From: Lama guanicoe
Lineage: Eukaryota
Direction of reading: 5' to 3'
Assembly (NCBI GenBank): GCA_013239625.1
Contig: MU053758.1
Coordinates: 2,666,001 to 2,730,000 of the forward strand
Length of the DNA: 64,000 nucleotides
In this document: one piece after another, positions 48,301-63,300 of the stretch
Layout of the letters: each line of letters opens with the position of its first letter
Numbering within the stretch: position 1 is the stretch's first letter
Notes under the pieces: model-generated
The model's input: only the letters and a program-made list of their open reading frames with translations
What the model was told of the DNA's origin: nothing
Database searches by the model: none
Made by a program: the position numbers and the translations under genes

Positions 48301-51300
48301 GACAAGGGGGTGACTATTGACTGGGCCTGGGTGGGCACCTGATTTGGGCAGCCAGGAGACCAGGCTTGGGAGACTGGCGGGGGCAGGGGCGGGTTAGGGG
48401 TGTGAGGTGGGGAGAGTTATTGGTTGCTTCTTTCCCCTTTGCCCCTTCTCTTGGTGCCCCCCAATCCTGACTGCTCCCCGCTACTCACCTCTGAGCCATA
48501 GGTCTGGGCCACGTGGCACAGCATGAGGAAGGAGATGTCAAAGAGCAAGGCTCGAACTGAGGCCGCCTTGGCTGTGAAGGAGGAGAAGGCTGACCTCATA
48601 GCCTGGGGCAGGGGCCCAAAGGCCTCGTCTGGGTCGGGAGGGGATCAGGATCTGCCTCAAGGAAGGTCAGGGACCGAGTGGCTCCTTCAGAGCTCTGAGG
48701 CTCAGAATCCTTTTCTTGAGTCTCATTTTGAACATCATCCCTTCCTTGGAATCAAAGACTCCTGATACCTTCCTTCCCCCTCAACACCTGACCAAATCAT
48801 AACAGGGGAAGGAGAGACAAATAGTGGTTTGGGAAGAATCCTTTTCCCGCATGACCCTCTTTCAAACCTCCCCAGAAGCTTCGGTTGGTCATCACTCAGG
48901 GGAGAAAACAGCCTCCCCAGGATGAGCAAAGGCATCCTCTTCCCTCCCTGTCCTCACCCTCTGCACCCCACCTTCAGCGCCACTGGGTCTGCGGGTATGC
49001 AGAGCTGACTTACTGCTTTCTTCACTGCCGTGTGTTGTGAATTCGTTCAAACTGCGGAAGGAATGGAGATGGGTCGCATCAACCAAGGCCAGCGCTGAGC
49101 GATGGCTGTGGTCGGGGGCCCCGTCCAGTCAGAGGGCAGTCACTGGAGTCTGAACTATGGGTTCAACTTAAAGGGAACACCATTGCTACAGAAATGAGAA
49201 CCCTTTCTATTTTTAAAAGATTTCCAAAGCGTAGAGAGTGGCTCGCTGAGCGGAACAACATTCTATACATGAAATTCCAAGTCAATGGAAAAAGTCAGAA
49301 TTTGAGAGCCCCTTACTAGTAAGTGGGTCTGCACGCAATCCCTCCATGCCAACTGTTCAACACCTCATCACCTCACCAAACACCTCCACTTCATCCCCAG
49401 CTGAAGACAAAAGAGCACTTTTCATGTCCAGAGAACCGGCCCTTCCCCCGAGTCTCCAGTTGGGATGCTCTGCCTTGGCATCTCTGAGGAGACCCAGCCC
49501 CCAGTTCCTCGCTCTTATTCTGCTACCTCCTCCTTCAGACCTGCCTCCCAGACCCTGGGCACGGGCTCGGCCTTCCTTACTTGATGAATTTCCGGGCGAA
49601 GGACTTAAGCTTCCCAGTGGCGGCGGCCGCAGCCAGCAACAAGTCCAGGCTCTTCCCAGACAGCATGTGGCCCAGGACCCCCAGCAGCCCCTCCGGGGAC
49701 TTAGAGTGGTCTGCGTCCATTGTCTGGGGACAAGACAGGAAACCAAGTCTTGAAGAATACTGAAGACTTGAACACATAGATACCACCGAGCCCCAGTTCC
49801 TCTCCACATGTCTCCAGTAAACGGGATACCACAACCTGCAATTTAATCTCTGTCTTTCTGACTCCCATCTGGAAATCCATTCCTAAAATTCCTTGCTCTC
49901 CGATTCATCCCTCTCAACCTAACTGGGACGATGGTGGTGGGGTCGGGGTGTGCAAGTCTCTGCTGTGAGGTTCAGCATTATTTCTGCACGAGCAAGTGCA
50001 GCACCCAGCACAGCGCCTGCCTCACCAGCGACGTTCAACAGATACTCGTTTCCAGTGGTGCTTCCCTCCTCTCCCCGTTTAGTCTACCTCCAAAGTAACC
50101 ATGTGTACAAGCCAGAAGAGAGCTCTGTGGCCTCTGTTTATTTATCTGGAAGTAGAGGGGAAGCTGGAAAGAGGGAAGAGATGACCCTGGTGGGAGGGGA
50201 AACGCACACTCACTTTGAGGATGTTGGTGACTGTGGGCTCCGCACGGAGGATCAGCCCAGGGTTGGGCTGGATGTTGGCATTTTCATCTGATTTCAGCTG
50301 CGGTGCATGCTCCCGGTCTGCTTTGCTGTGGCCGGAACCAGTCAGTCAAGAGAAGGGAAGAGGAACACAGATCAATTCCTGACACGCTTCCCAGTCCAGT
50401 CCCTGAAGCAGCGGCCCGGAGAAGGCTGGGAAGCGCCACTGGGGTCGGGCGAGGTTTACGAAAGCAGATCCAACATCGCAATTGCTTCAATTTGTCACTG
50501 GTCTTTACATCTATTTTGAAAGTTCACTGAAGATGAAAGGAAGTTTTAGGATTTCTGCTTTGATCACAAAGGAGGGTGAGACTTAAAGTGTAGCACCTAA
50601 GAGTGCAAGACCTGCTCTGCAGAAATCTCCTGTCCCTGGTAACTCTAGGCATGGCCCCTCTCACCTGCAATCTGAACTCTAGACTGGAGGGGAGATAGCA
50701 CCCAGCAGCCCGGTCTGGACCTGAGGCGCGGTGGTCAAAGGGCCCGTGGGCCAGCTCGAGGAACTCACACTTACCGCTTGGCCATTAGGTTGTTCATACT
50801 GGCTTCAGACAGAAGCCCCTGCTTGCTACATTCCTGGAGCAGGAAGCTTGTACAGTCACAGCTGTGAGGGAAAAAGAGGATGGGAGGCTTGGGCATACAG
50901 CAGGGATTATTGAAGAGGGAGCAATGAGCCTGTCTTGCATCTTCCTTCCTTGAGGATGAAGAACTTTCTGAGTGCCCGAGGGAAGGCAGAGAGGACCGGG
51001 CACTCACAACCACGGGGCTGCTGCCTCCTGCCCCTGCCGAGGGGAGTGAACAAGGAGACAGTCTCCTGGGGCTTCTCTGGCACAAAGAGCAGGGGAAGAG
51101 CCCAGAACACCTTCCAGTAGAGTGAGGGTGAACAGGGGACTTCATACTTGCAGCGCTGGTCAGCCTTGTCCAGCAAGGGGGTGAGCTTCAGCAGGAACTC
51201 AAAAGCAGAATTGACATCCTCAGTAAAGTCCTGCAAAGAGCCAGAAACTGCCATCTGGCTTCCAGGTCCTCTGCTCCATGCACAGCCTGCGATGCAGGTT

Positions 51301-54300
51301 CATGAGGATGCCCTGCTGGGTTCAACAGCCTACAAGTCGGCCGTGCCCCGCTGGCTTCCAGCAACTGGACGGGAAGAGTACAGGGCACGACTGCTCCCTG
51401 TGTCCACCCCGGCCTGGTCATCTCAGGCACCCTCGTCTCCAAGCAGCCTGGCTGCCTTGTCAGAAGACTGCATGCACGTGCGCAGAGGTACACACGTGCT
51501 CCCAGGCTGACTCCAGCACAAGAATGCACCAGTGCCCAGCAAGGGCCAAGGAACCCTCCCTGTGCCCTTGTTCCTTTGGGGCAGAAACAAGGATTCACCT
51601 GTTTCCATGTCCTCCCCCCATCTCATTTCTTTCACTCACCTTGTCCCCATGAGAGTATTTCTTCAACTTCACCAAAACCTGTGGAATCTAGAGGGTGAGG
51701 CAGGGTGGTGGGGGATAGGAAGCTCAATTTCTTCTCTCCTTCACCCAGAACTAAAGGCATCCCCTCCAGCCCGCTGCTCTGCACAGAGACAGGAACACTC
51801 CTGCCCCGGAAGTAAAGACACTCTTAGAGCCAAATCAGAAAGCTGACGGCTAGCCAAGTGCCTGGTGCCCTCAGCCTGAGGGGCACAGGAACCCCTCACT
51901 TTCATGGCCTGACGAGGAAATGCCATAAGCCAAAGTGGGCTCCCACAGCTGCCCTGCGCCACGCTGGCTGATGCCAAGACATGGCGGAAGCCTGCCAAGT
52001 GGGCTGAATACAGCCCTGGGACTTTGAGAGAAAATCACAGAGGGGAACTTGTGCTGGGGGACCTGGCAAGCTGGGCACAAGGCCAGCAGGGAGAAACGTG
52101 GGGCAAAGGTCCAGGGTGTCTCTGCTCTTCCTAAGAACCATCCCCAGACGGGCTCTCCACAGCTCCCCCATCCCAGGTACCTTGAGGAAGGTGAAAGCTG
52201 TCCACTTGAGCTCTCCAGTACCCTCAGGAGACTCAATAAGACCCACGAAGCAAGCTTTCCAGATCTCCAGGACAAAAAGTGGGGTAGGGATATGCTGCAG
52301 GGAGAGCCATGGGTGAGGCCTGAGAGGGCGCCGTGCCCCTCCTGCCTCTGGGCCCCTGAGGATCGGGGGGTCAGAGGCCACACAGCACAGGCACCTCCCC
52401 CACTCCCATGTGAGAACCAGGGACGGCAGGTGACATGGCATTTCATCAGACAGAACCGCGCAGGACTGGGATCCATGCTCCACCAGGAAGCAAGAGAAAC
52501 CCTATCTCTCCCACAAAAGACTAGAAAAATCCTCCCTCCTGCCCTCCGCATGGCCAGCCTGTCTTGGGGACAGAGAAGCAGAGCTGGCCTCCCACCTGCA
52601 TGCGTTTCACCATCATCAGCTGTTCCACCAGCGGCTGTGTCTCGCCTGTCAGGTTCATGGTGCCCTCGAGCAGGACCACTGCATGGACGGTGGGGAAGCC
52701 AGTCTTGTGCAGCTGCTCCGAGTGCACGGACAGCATGGTGGGGATGCTGAGGGAAAACAGCCACAGGGGACAGACAGTATGTGGGGAGCCGGAAGAGTCA
52801 GAGAGGAGGTGACAGCAGAGGGGCCGGGGCCAGGGCCACACCTCCCCAGTCCCTTCACCATGATCGCCCTGGGAGTGGGTACCTCCTGATAAGTGTGCCA
52901 CACTGCTCGGCCTGGCTCCGGAGCTGGGGGCTGCTGAGACCAGCCAGGATATCCCCAAGCTTCAAGAGGCAATGCTCAATGGCAGTCCAGGAAGCTGGCA
53001 GAGAAAAGGAAATGCAGAAAATGATGGGAAACAGAGGCGTGGAAGACAGTGGCCCCAGCTCCTCGACTTTCGCACCCCCTGGGCCCACAAAACCACGCAG
53101 GGAGACTTCCCCTGAGGATGGCATGAAGGCTGGGGGCCTGAGGGCAGCATGCACTGTTTCCAGAAGAAGGGTGCACACCATTGATGGAGCCCCTAGAAGC
53201 TATTCCCAGAGGATGGACCTCTAGGAGTTGCACGCAGCTGACTTAGAGACTAGGTCCAGCATAACACAGGCAGGGACAGAGGGAGGAAGAGGGGGTGTGG
53301 AGTCCAGTGGAACAGAGGGGTGGCCACAAATCATTTCAAGAATGGGCCAGCCTTGCAAGTGGCCACCGCTCTCCAGCCCAGTCAAGCTGGAGTCCTAAAC
53401 AGCCTTCCATGTCGCCTGCTCCATGTCACTTTGCTCTCGCTGCTCCCTCTTCTGAAATGCCCCTCCTACTCACCTCATCCTCACTCTCTCACTAGCCCTC
53501 AAGTCTCTGTTCAAGCCCCAGCTCCTTCAACAACTTACCCACCCACTGCTCTCTGACTCCTCAACGCCTATACTCGCGGTCTACACCGCACAATTTGGCC
53601 CTTAATTATAAGTAACTTATCTTGATTACACTTCCAGAGGGTCAGATGATTAATAATGCCACCACCTAGCCCATTAACCTCCATGTAGCGTAGGGAAAAA
53701 AAAACAAGAAGACCTGAGATCCGATAAAATTAAGTTCAATATTCACTCGCTTTTCAGCCAACAAATACTTGTCAAGGGCTCAAGATACGTACAGCCCATT
53801 TTTACATAGTGATCATCTTTCTGGCTTTTTCACAGGCCATAAACCCTATTCTGAGAAGTAATAAACATACTAATCCTATATCAAGTTCTCCAGCCAGGTC
53901 CTGAAAACCCAGGTGGAACCCACTCCAGTATTCTTGTTACTGGAGAACAAGAGATCCTTAGGTGGTCCCAAGCCTCATCAGCAAGACTGTGGCCTTCAGG
54001 TCCCATGTCCAGAACTGCCAGTCTTCCCTCCCACCAGGTGGTCTGTCTGATCCTGGGATCTGGAGGGGTCCGAAATTTAACACCTGCACTTGAGATAAGA
54101 GGTGTACGGCGCCACAGGCCCACGTTTAGAGGGATGTTTTAGGCCACACTCAAACACTAGAGTCATTTGCTTTCAAAAGATGAGTCACATGGAGACCAAC
54201 ACAAGAATGGATGGTGTGCTTGTCTTGTCCTCCCGTTTTTTTCCGTGTCTATTACGTACTAGTCTTGCTCCCCACTAGCGTGTCTGCTTGTGGACGGTAG

Positions 54301-57300
54301 GGACCTGCCACATGCTCCTTCGGTAGCCCCCCGCCCCCCACCCCCAGCACCTGGCACAGTGCTGGGCATACAACAATGCTCAGTAAATACCTGTTGGTTG
54401 ATTGGCTCGGGTGCCACCCTGCCCAAGTCCCTGGGATGTATGCAATGCTTATGGGGAGAAAAAAAAGGAAGTGGGATGATTTCAGATCCTCCTGGAAAGA
54501 AGTGGGATGGCATCCTGCCTCTCCCCTCTCAATTAAAGAACCAGCTACGGGCGCAGTGGCAGGTGGGGCTCAGGGAACCAGGGGACATACAGGCCTCCTC
54601 TAGTTTGGCGATGTGAAGCAGAGCCCGGTTCTTGGTACTGCTGAGGGTCTTCTCCAGGCGCTGCAGGCACATGGCAAGCTGCTTCTCGGCGGCGGCTGGA
54701 GTGCCGGCCTCCAGCCCGACTCGGAGCTGCTCGGCAGAGGCTGCGGTGCAGCGCAGCAGCCAGTGGAGGGCGCTGAGGAGGGCCCGGCAGAGCCCGATAC
54801 ACTCCTCCGCTTTGCCGTGACAGCTACCAGGGAAGGATGCAAAATCTGACTCTACTCCAAAGGCTGAAATTTGACCCACACCAACGTTCCCCAGAGGGCC
54901 TGGCACTCCCCTACTAGGGAAGAGAGTTGGGAAGCTAGCAAAGGCCTGGGGAAGATGGCCCTGTCGGCTCCCTTTGGATAAGATTTCAAATGAGCTACTC
55001 CAGACAGAGAAGAGGCATTTTAGTCCTAAGGGAATAAGGAGAAAAGAATGGGGGTGGGTGGGTGCGGATGAGCAGGTGGGCAGAAGTGTGGGAGCCCGCA
55101 GAGCTGGTCTGAGTCTCTGTGCCAGGAGCTTCTCCTCTACGCTAAGATAGTGCTGGAAGGTTGTGAGCCCCTCACTCCTGCCATTACCTCAGTCGGTCAC
55201 AAAACATGTCCATGATGTCCAGCAAAGCCTGGACACACAGGTCCCGGGAAAAGTCATCAAACTGTGGAAAGAACAGTGGTGATGCTATGGAACGTCCCAG
55301 TCACGACCCAGTCTCACGCTTGCGGCACCTGGCACATTCGGGATTCCTATTCATCTCTACTCCGACCTCAGGTTTCAGGCTCAGCATCCTTTCAACATTG
55401 GCAATTGGCTCCCAATGGCCAGCCTTCACTTCCCAGGATCCCCCTCCTTCCCAAGGAAGGCAGCCATGCCAGCCAGAGACAGGCTGTGCTGCCTGCCCAG
55501 CCTCAGAGGTCACGTGGTCAGAGCAGTCAGGGAGGTGGGGCCCCGCTGTTGCTACCATTCCTCTGAACCCCCGCCCCCCCACTGAGCTCATGTGTGGCTG
55601 TGGTCATACCTTACTGATAGCTGTGAGGACAGAGGAGTAGGACACCATCTGGAAAGAAAGAAGAAAGATAAAATTCAGACAACTAGTGTGCCACAGTTGA
55701 GAGGCACAAACACTGACACTTAAAGTGGCTGCAACTCTCCTAAAATCTCACCCCTTCGAGAGGCCATCCTCAACCCCTGAAGAGAGGCAGTAACATCAGG
55801 CATTGTGCCCATTCCTGCTTCAATCACACTCCCTATGATTGAAGGCATCGGCATAAACCCACTGAGAAGATATCTGGGGGTATCCAAAGGGGCCAAGTTT
55901 CATGATCACATGCCACCAGACAGAACAAGGTTAGACTGCTGGTGGGCAGAAGAATGGACCAGGGTGAGATCCTCTTACTCTACTCCTAAAACTCCTATCA
56001 AGAGTGATTGTATTTGGACAAGAACTGGAGATATACAAACTTTCCCTGCAATGAACATGTAGTAACTACACTTGTAATAGGTAGTGAATTTCATCACACA
56101 TACTCATTCTCTAAGACTCCTCCAGGGCACCACCCAAAGCTGAAATCCTTTCTTGATGCTCCAAGTAAATGCCTTAGACCTATCATTGCACCGTGGGTAC
56201 CTGCTGCCCCACCAAACTAGGAGCTCCTTGAGGACAAGGATGCTTTCACTCAGTGACCACCATGAACCTGTTAATAACGTCTGGAGAATGGATAAGTAAA
56301 AACGCACCCTTAGACCAACATTTCCCAAAGTAGCTTCCAAAGCTGTGCTGTCCAAGAGGGGTGACACTGGCCACATCTGGCTGTTTAAACTGAAGTTAAA
56401 TGAAATAAAAAATTCAGTTCCTTAGTCGAACTAGCCACATCTCAGGTGCTCAACACCCACATGTGGCTAGTGGCTACTGTACTGGACAGTGCAGATAACA
56501 GAACATTTCTATCATCGTAGAAAGTTCTATTGGGTGATGTTGTTCCAAAGATTCCTCAAGACGTTAAGAAATTTTACACATGCACACACATATACAGAGC
56601 TTCTGGGTAATACGAATTTGAGAGACCCTGAAATAAACATATACAAAGAGCTTTCTTTAAAGGGTTCTTTTAGTAAAGAGCTTTCCTTACTGTAGGACTT
56701 CCCTAAACCATAATAATATTTTTGTATACAATGAGAATCTCTAGGATAACTGGCAATGAAGCAAACAATACTTTTCCAAATTATCTGGCCAAGGAATTTC
56801 ACTTAAGCAGTATTTGCAAAAGACATTTCAGGAAATGCTATCTGAACAGTGAGCTCCCTGAGAACAGAAATAGTGTTAAGTTTATGTTTCCCTAGAACCT
56901 AGCCCCAGGCTGACCACACAGTAGGTCCTCAGTAAGTTTTTATTGCTTTAGATTGATGAATTCTAGTAACTAGCATCCTGAAAAACTTTTACCTTAAAGC
57001 AAATTTCTATGAGTAAAACTTATTCATCACTAAGATTGGAGATGTGGTTCAAAAGAAATAATTAGTCGTGAATGAAATCAAACCCTCCAGAGAGCTTTTA
57101 AGTTGCCATATTTTAAAAAAAATTATAGCATGCTGATCAAATGTGAATACCACAGAACATAGTTACAGGTGTGTGGCAAAATGTATCAAAATAAAAAGCA
57201 GAATATAATGATAAAAACCATCAGGATAATCACCTGCTTCATAGGTTGTCTTCACTAGAGGAATAGAAATTTCCAAAGATGTAAGAAGAAAGCTAAGTCA

Positions 57301-60300
57301 CCCTCAGTGACTCAGTACGGTGAATTTTACATGCATAGCAATGCCTTCCATGTAGTTTCTCCAATACATGAACAGACAGCTCTCTGTTCAGACATTTTTT
57401 AACTGGACTTGGATAAAGAGGAGCAAAACACACAGAGGACTTAAATACACCGTTAGCATTTAGTGCCACTCTCAGCGGGGCATACTGTGAAGCCATAGCT
57501 GGTGTCTGACAGTGATCAGAAAGTTGGGAGCCTGCCTGGGCAGGATGACCATAACGTTCCAGGCGAGTGTTTGTTTATTTATAACCCATGTCCCCATAGC
57601 AAGAGTTTGGCAGCGAACTGAGCCCTGTTGGATACCAACCTGAAGAGGGAGCTGGATGTCCCCACTAGAAACTCACCCCAAACTACCAGAAGAAAAACAC
57701 CCAGTTCTGTAGGTTCTGAGAGATGCCGGGAGTTACTGTGAATTTATGGGCTCCAAAGTCAGAATTATGCTCAGCCCGTCTTTGCTAATGGTATCAATAA
57801 AGCCCTGCTACTCTGGAGACCTAAAAATACTTTCCACATGGTGAACTGCTTTTCACAGCAGGATTTAACCTATCCCAGTCCTAATATATCCATCAACATA
57901 GAAGCTCTAAGCCACCATCAGCCCCCGAGGCTGGAGACGGTCTAAGCGGCCTGGTGCACACCTGGCCAGCCCAGAGTGACCTTGCAGCTGCCTTCTAATC
58001 CCCTCTCTCACATTCAACGCCCTCAACTCCTGCTAAGTGCCTTCTACGTGCACAGCACTGGACCAAAGAGCCTCTTGACTCTGACGGAAGAATAAATTAC
58101 TAATCTTGCATAGCATTTTGCAAGTCACGAAGGTCTTTCCTATTTTTCTTTCTCTCACTGGTACTTCAGGCTCTTCCTCCCTCTTGCCTTCCTCATCAAT
58201 TTACACATCTCAAAGTTCTTCTATTTTTAAAACAAGTTGGGGGGTAATTAGGTTTATCTTTTTTATTTATCTTTTTTTTTTTAATGGAGGCACTGGGGAT
58301 TGAACTCAGGACCTCGCTCATGCTAAGCATGCGCTCTACCACTTGAGCTACCCTTTCCCTCCTCAAGCGTCTTCTATTTTTAAAAGAACCCCCCGCAGAC
58401 TCTCTATTTCCAATTAACCACCACGCTCTCACCACAGACATAAGTGCTCGACACCCACTGTCTCTACCTCCTGGCCTTCCATTCGCAACACGACCCACTC
58501 CAGTCACTTCTGTCCTCACCACAGCGAAAATCTCTCATTAGGCTCATCAACAAAGTTGTTAAACCCCATGGCTACTCCTCGGTTCTCATCTCACTGCCCT
58601 CTCAGCGGCATCTAACAGCAGGAAACAGCTCCTCATCCTTCAAGTCCTCTCCTCCCTGGGCTTTCCTTGGGATCACACTCTCTTGGTTTCCTTCTCTCCT
58701 CACCAGCCCCTTCTCTTCAGACTCCTCTGAGGAATTCTTTTCCTCTGGGTGTTCCCCAAGTGTGACTGGTTCCTCAGAAATACGGCTTGGGTCACCTCTT
58801 GGCTCCCGTGCCACACTCTCTCTGGGCAATCTCCTCCATGCCCGGAGCTTCAAATACCATCTGTGGCTGACAGCTCCTAAACCCTAGCTCCAGTCTCCTC
58901 TCTCCTTCTGAGTTCCAGACATATTATGCGTTCAACTGGCTACTGAGGGTCTTCTCTTTGTCGGTCCCCCAGGTACCTTCAGTGAATCAAGGCCAGAAGC
59001 AAACACCACCCCTCATCTGCACTCCAACCCTAACAGCAGTCCTGCTCCAATCCCACTGTCTCCTTCCCATCCCATCAGCCCTCCAGGGGTCCAAACCAGA
59101 AACCCAGGCTTCAGCCTTGATTTCTTCCTCTCCCTCACACCCCTCCTCCAGTTAACCACCAAATCCTCTCAATGCCACTTCCTAAATTGTTCTTGGACTC
59201 GTCTTTTTTTTCCTGCTGCCACTTCTCAAGTTTCTGCTAGTATCATCTCTTACCTGAATCACTGTAACAGACTGAAATCAGGGCTTGGAAAACTACAGCT
59301 AAAAAATTAAATCTGCCTCATTGCCTTTTTTTACTTCCCCCTACACTTCTTTTTTTTAATGGAGGTACTGGGGATTGAACCCAGGACCTTGTGCACGTTA
59401 AGCATGTGTTCCACCGCTAAGCTATACTCACCCCGCCTCGTTACCTTTATTGTAAATAAAGTTGTATCAGGACACAGCCATGTCGGTTTATTCACATATT
59501 GCCTATATGTGCTTTATTGCCTATATGTGCTTGTGAGTTAAAATGACAGAATGGTGGTGACTGAGAACATACAGCCTGCTAAGCTGAAAGTATTTACTAT
59601 CTGGTCCTTTACAGAAAAAATATCCTAGACTAAACTGTCTCCCTGCCTTCTGCCTTACCTCCCTCCCACTCATTCTTCAAACTACAACCAGAGTGATCCT
59701 TCTAAAATCAAACCACAAATTCCTCAAATCCCCAAAGTCAAGGAAACCCCAATCAAAATGCAACAGGATATTTTAAGGAACTTCAGTTGATTCTAAAATC
59801 TGTCTGGAAAAGAAAATGCCTGAAAACAGCCAAGAAATTTTTGAAAAATAAAACAACTAAGGGAAGACTTGTGTAACAAGATATCAAACATACTATAGAG
59901 ATAGAGTCATGAAAAGGGTAAAGTACCGGCACAAAAAAGATAAATATGTCAATGAAATACTAGATTGTCAAGAAATAGACCATTGTCTGTAAGAGAATGT
60001 AAGATATGACCATTAAATGGCCTATTCAATAAAGCCATTGTCCATCTTTTCAGAAAAATAAATAAATTTGGATCCTTTCCTTACACCAGAAAATTCTAAA
60101 TGGATTAAACAAAGTGAAGTGTTGGCAGAAATTAAAGAATATATTTTGATCCTGGAGCAGGGAAGCCCTTATGCAAGACAAAAGCCATACAGGAAAAAAA
60201 AAAAAAGGTTAAATCTGACAACAAATACATTAAAAATATTCTGCATACTAAGAAAATTAAACCACAAAGTTAAAACAGTGATAGAAAAAAATTTAAAACA

Positions 60301-63300
60301 TAAATAACAGATAATAGTTACAAGATAGACTATATTAAAAGACACTTAAAAATTGTAAGATTCTTCTTAGGGTGATGAAAATGTTCTAAATTGATTGTGG
60401 TGATGATTACACAAGTCTAAATATACTAAAAACCAGTGACTCACACACTTTAAGTGGGTAAACTGTATGTTATGTGATTTATGTCTCAAGAAAGCTGTTA
60501 CTAAAAAAAAAAATAAAGAAAATAAACTAATGTTAGAAAAAATGGGCAGATGATACACATAAGTAATTCACAGAATATATACAGAGAGCCAATAAACATG
60601 AAAAAATATGCTCAACATCACAATCGTGGAAATACCTCTTATAACATGATGTACTTTTTTGCCTCTCTAGGAAAAAAATCTTAAAAGATTCTATCCAACA
60701 CTGGCAAAGGTGTGGGGAAATACTGGCAAGGACTATGGAGTGGGTGTAAAGTGATACAATCCTTTTTTAAGGGCAACTTGCAGGATCCACTATGATTTAA
60801 CATGTGTGTACTCTTCAAACCAGCAATTTCTAGCTATCTATCCTAGGGAAATAGTCCGAGATATGCAGAGAGGTAAGTATAAGGATGTTCAGTGAATCAT
60901 TGATGATTAACAGTAAAAAATGCAAAACAACCTAAATTACTGAACAAATGGAGCATTATACAGCAGTTAAAAAGAGCAAGAGTGATAAGGGTATAGCTCA
61001 GTGGTAGAGCACATGCTTAGCATGCACAAGGTCCTGGATTAAATCCCCAGCACCTCTGTTAATAAATAAATAAAACAAACCTAATTTCCTCTCCCCACCA
61101 AGAAAGAAAAAAAATTTAAATTAAAAAATAAAAAAAGAATAAGGAAGATGAGCTTATTCTAACATGGAAAGCAGACACGAGGCCAAGAGGGAAAAAAAGG
61201 CATAAGAACTACATGCCAGCTGAGGAATACTACTTGGCAATTTAAAAAAAGGAGTGCACGCTTCGGCAGCACATATACTAAAACTGGAATGATACAGAGA
61301 AGATTAGCATGGCCCCTGAGCAAGGATGACATACAAATTCGTGAAGCGGTGATTTTTCTGAATCACCATGCTGAACACCAGAGACTAACACAACACTGTA
61401 AATTGACTATACCTCAATAAAAAAAAAATAAGTAAAAAATATTTTTAAAAGAATGAACTACTGACATATACAACAAAGAGTTCAACAACATTTCTGTTAA
61501 ACAAAAGAAAACAGAGCATTAAGTGTTTATACTATTGAGTCCATTTCTATGAAATTCAAATATAGACAATGTTAATCTATGGTGCAGATAGAAACATTTA
61601 GCAGTTATAGGAAGATGTACTAGAAGAGGGTACAAGGGAACCTTCTGGGAGAACGAAAATGTTCTGTATCTTATTTTGGATGTCAATGCTGTGGGTATAG
61701 ATAATTACTAAAACTCAATGAATTAATCTTAAGATCTATGCATTTTATTGCCATGTTAAATACATATAAATCCTATCACACTACTCCTCCACTTAAAGCC
61801 CTTTAAATGATTACTCATTACCCCAGGATAAAGTCCACACTCCTTAGCAACAGCAACAGGTCATTTATGACCTAATCTCTCTCTCTCTCTCTAAACCAAT
61901 CTCCTCCTTGAAGTACTGGCCCAGCAGTTATCAAAAGATGGTCCAGGGGCCCCTGGGGGATCTATGAGTCAAAACTATTTTTAAAGTACTACAAGATGGT
62001 ATTTGCCTTTTTCACTCTTACTTTCTTCCAAGTGTACAACAGAAAGTCCCAGAGGCTCCATGACATATGACATTATATAACTAAATATGTCAACAATTGG
62101 AATATCTGTATAAATAAGTAATGGATATTTTCCAAATGACCGATTCATATTATAAAATCATGCAGGGGTAAAAGATCCATTCAAACTGCAAGAGAGAAAT
62201 CAATGGATTTTAATGTAACAGTATTAAAAATTCACTGATGTGATTTTTACAACATCTGCTGAATCTTAGCATAATTATCAAAGAAAAATATCCACATTTA
62301 TCTGAAAGGCTTTAAAAATACTCCTCCCTTTCAAACTAAGTATCTGATGTGCAAGACTAGATTCTCTTTTATTTTGGGGCGGGTAATTAGGGTTTTGTTT
62401 ATTTGTTTTGGTGGAGGTACTGGGGATTGCTTGTATGTGCATGCTAGGCATGCACTCTACCCCCGAGCTATACCCTCCCCCCAGATTCTCTTTATATACA
62501 TCAGCTGAAACAGCCTACCTACCTGCAACAACTGAATGCAGAAGCAGATAGGAGAATTCAGCTGTATTCTATCAAGCCAAACATCAAAGAGATTTGCAAA
62601 AATGTAAAACAATGCCACTATCTTCACCAATTTTCTGTTGTTTTAAAAAAATGATTATTTTTCACTAAAATGTCATTTATATTAATATAAAATGGTATGT
62701 TTTTTGTTACTTTTAAGTACAAAAATTTTTTTTAATTTCTAAAATGGTGATATGAAAAGATATAATACATATTAACAAAAACTCTGTAGGAGTCTCAATT
62801 TTTAAGGGTATAAAAGGTGCTAAGACCAAAACTATGGCTCCAGCCATACCACACTATTTTCAGTTCCTAAACATCATGTGATGTTTGTCTCCCAGCCTCT
62901 GCGTGTGCTTTTCTCTCTGCTTTGTACACTCTCATCAATCTGCCTGGACAGCTCCCACTCAACACTCATGTCTTGGTTTAAACATCACTTTCTCCCTGGT
63001 TGCTCATGCTGGATTAGGTGCCCCTCCCATGTACTCCCATAGTACTCTGTTCTAGCCTATATCATAATCCCATCCTGCAATTGACTATTTATTTACATGC
63101 CTGCATTACCGACTAAATTCCTTGTGTGCTGGGATCAGGCCTTGTTCACAGGTAAATCCCCAGAGCCTATGGCACTGTCTGGCACATACAAGCATTTGTG
63201 AATATTTATTGGTAGAATAAGTTAATGTAATATTAATCATAACCAATGAAGTACTGTTATTTTCATCAGAAGACTAAGGCTCAGAGAAATGATGTGTTCA

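Larger units (their letters stand above)
59700..61750 (+). mobile_element. Degraded ancient LINE-1 fragments with nested younger insertions
   Basis: A-rich L1 ORF2/3' motifs (aaacagccaagaaattttt; ggatcctttccttacacca; gaaaatgttctaaattgattgtggtgatg). Confidence 0.65.

Noticed and set aside
51871..52764. 297-aa and 233-aa ORFs overlapping MED24 exons
   Set aside because: Alternative or antisense frames running through GC-rich introns, with no coherent domain.
61254..61357. Functional U6 snRNA gene
   Set aside because: Several substitutions, altered 3' end, no evident PSE/TATA upstream, and fused to L1 sequence with poly(A).
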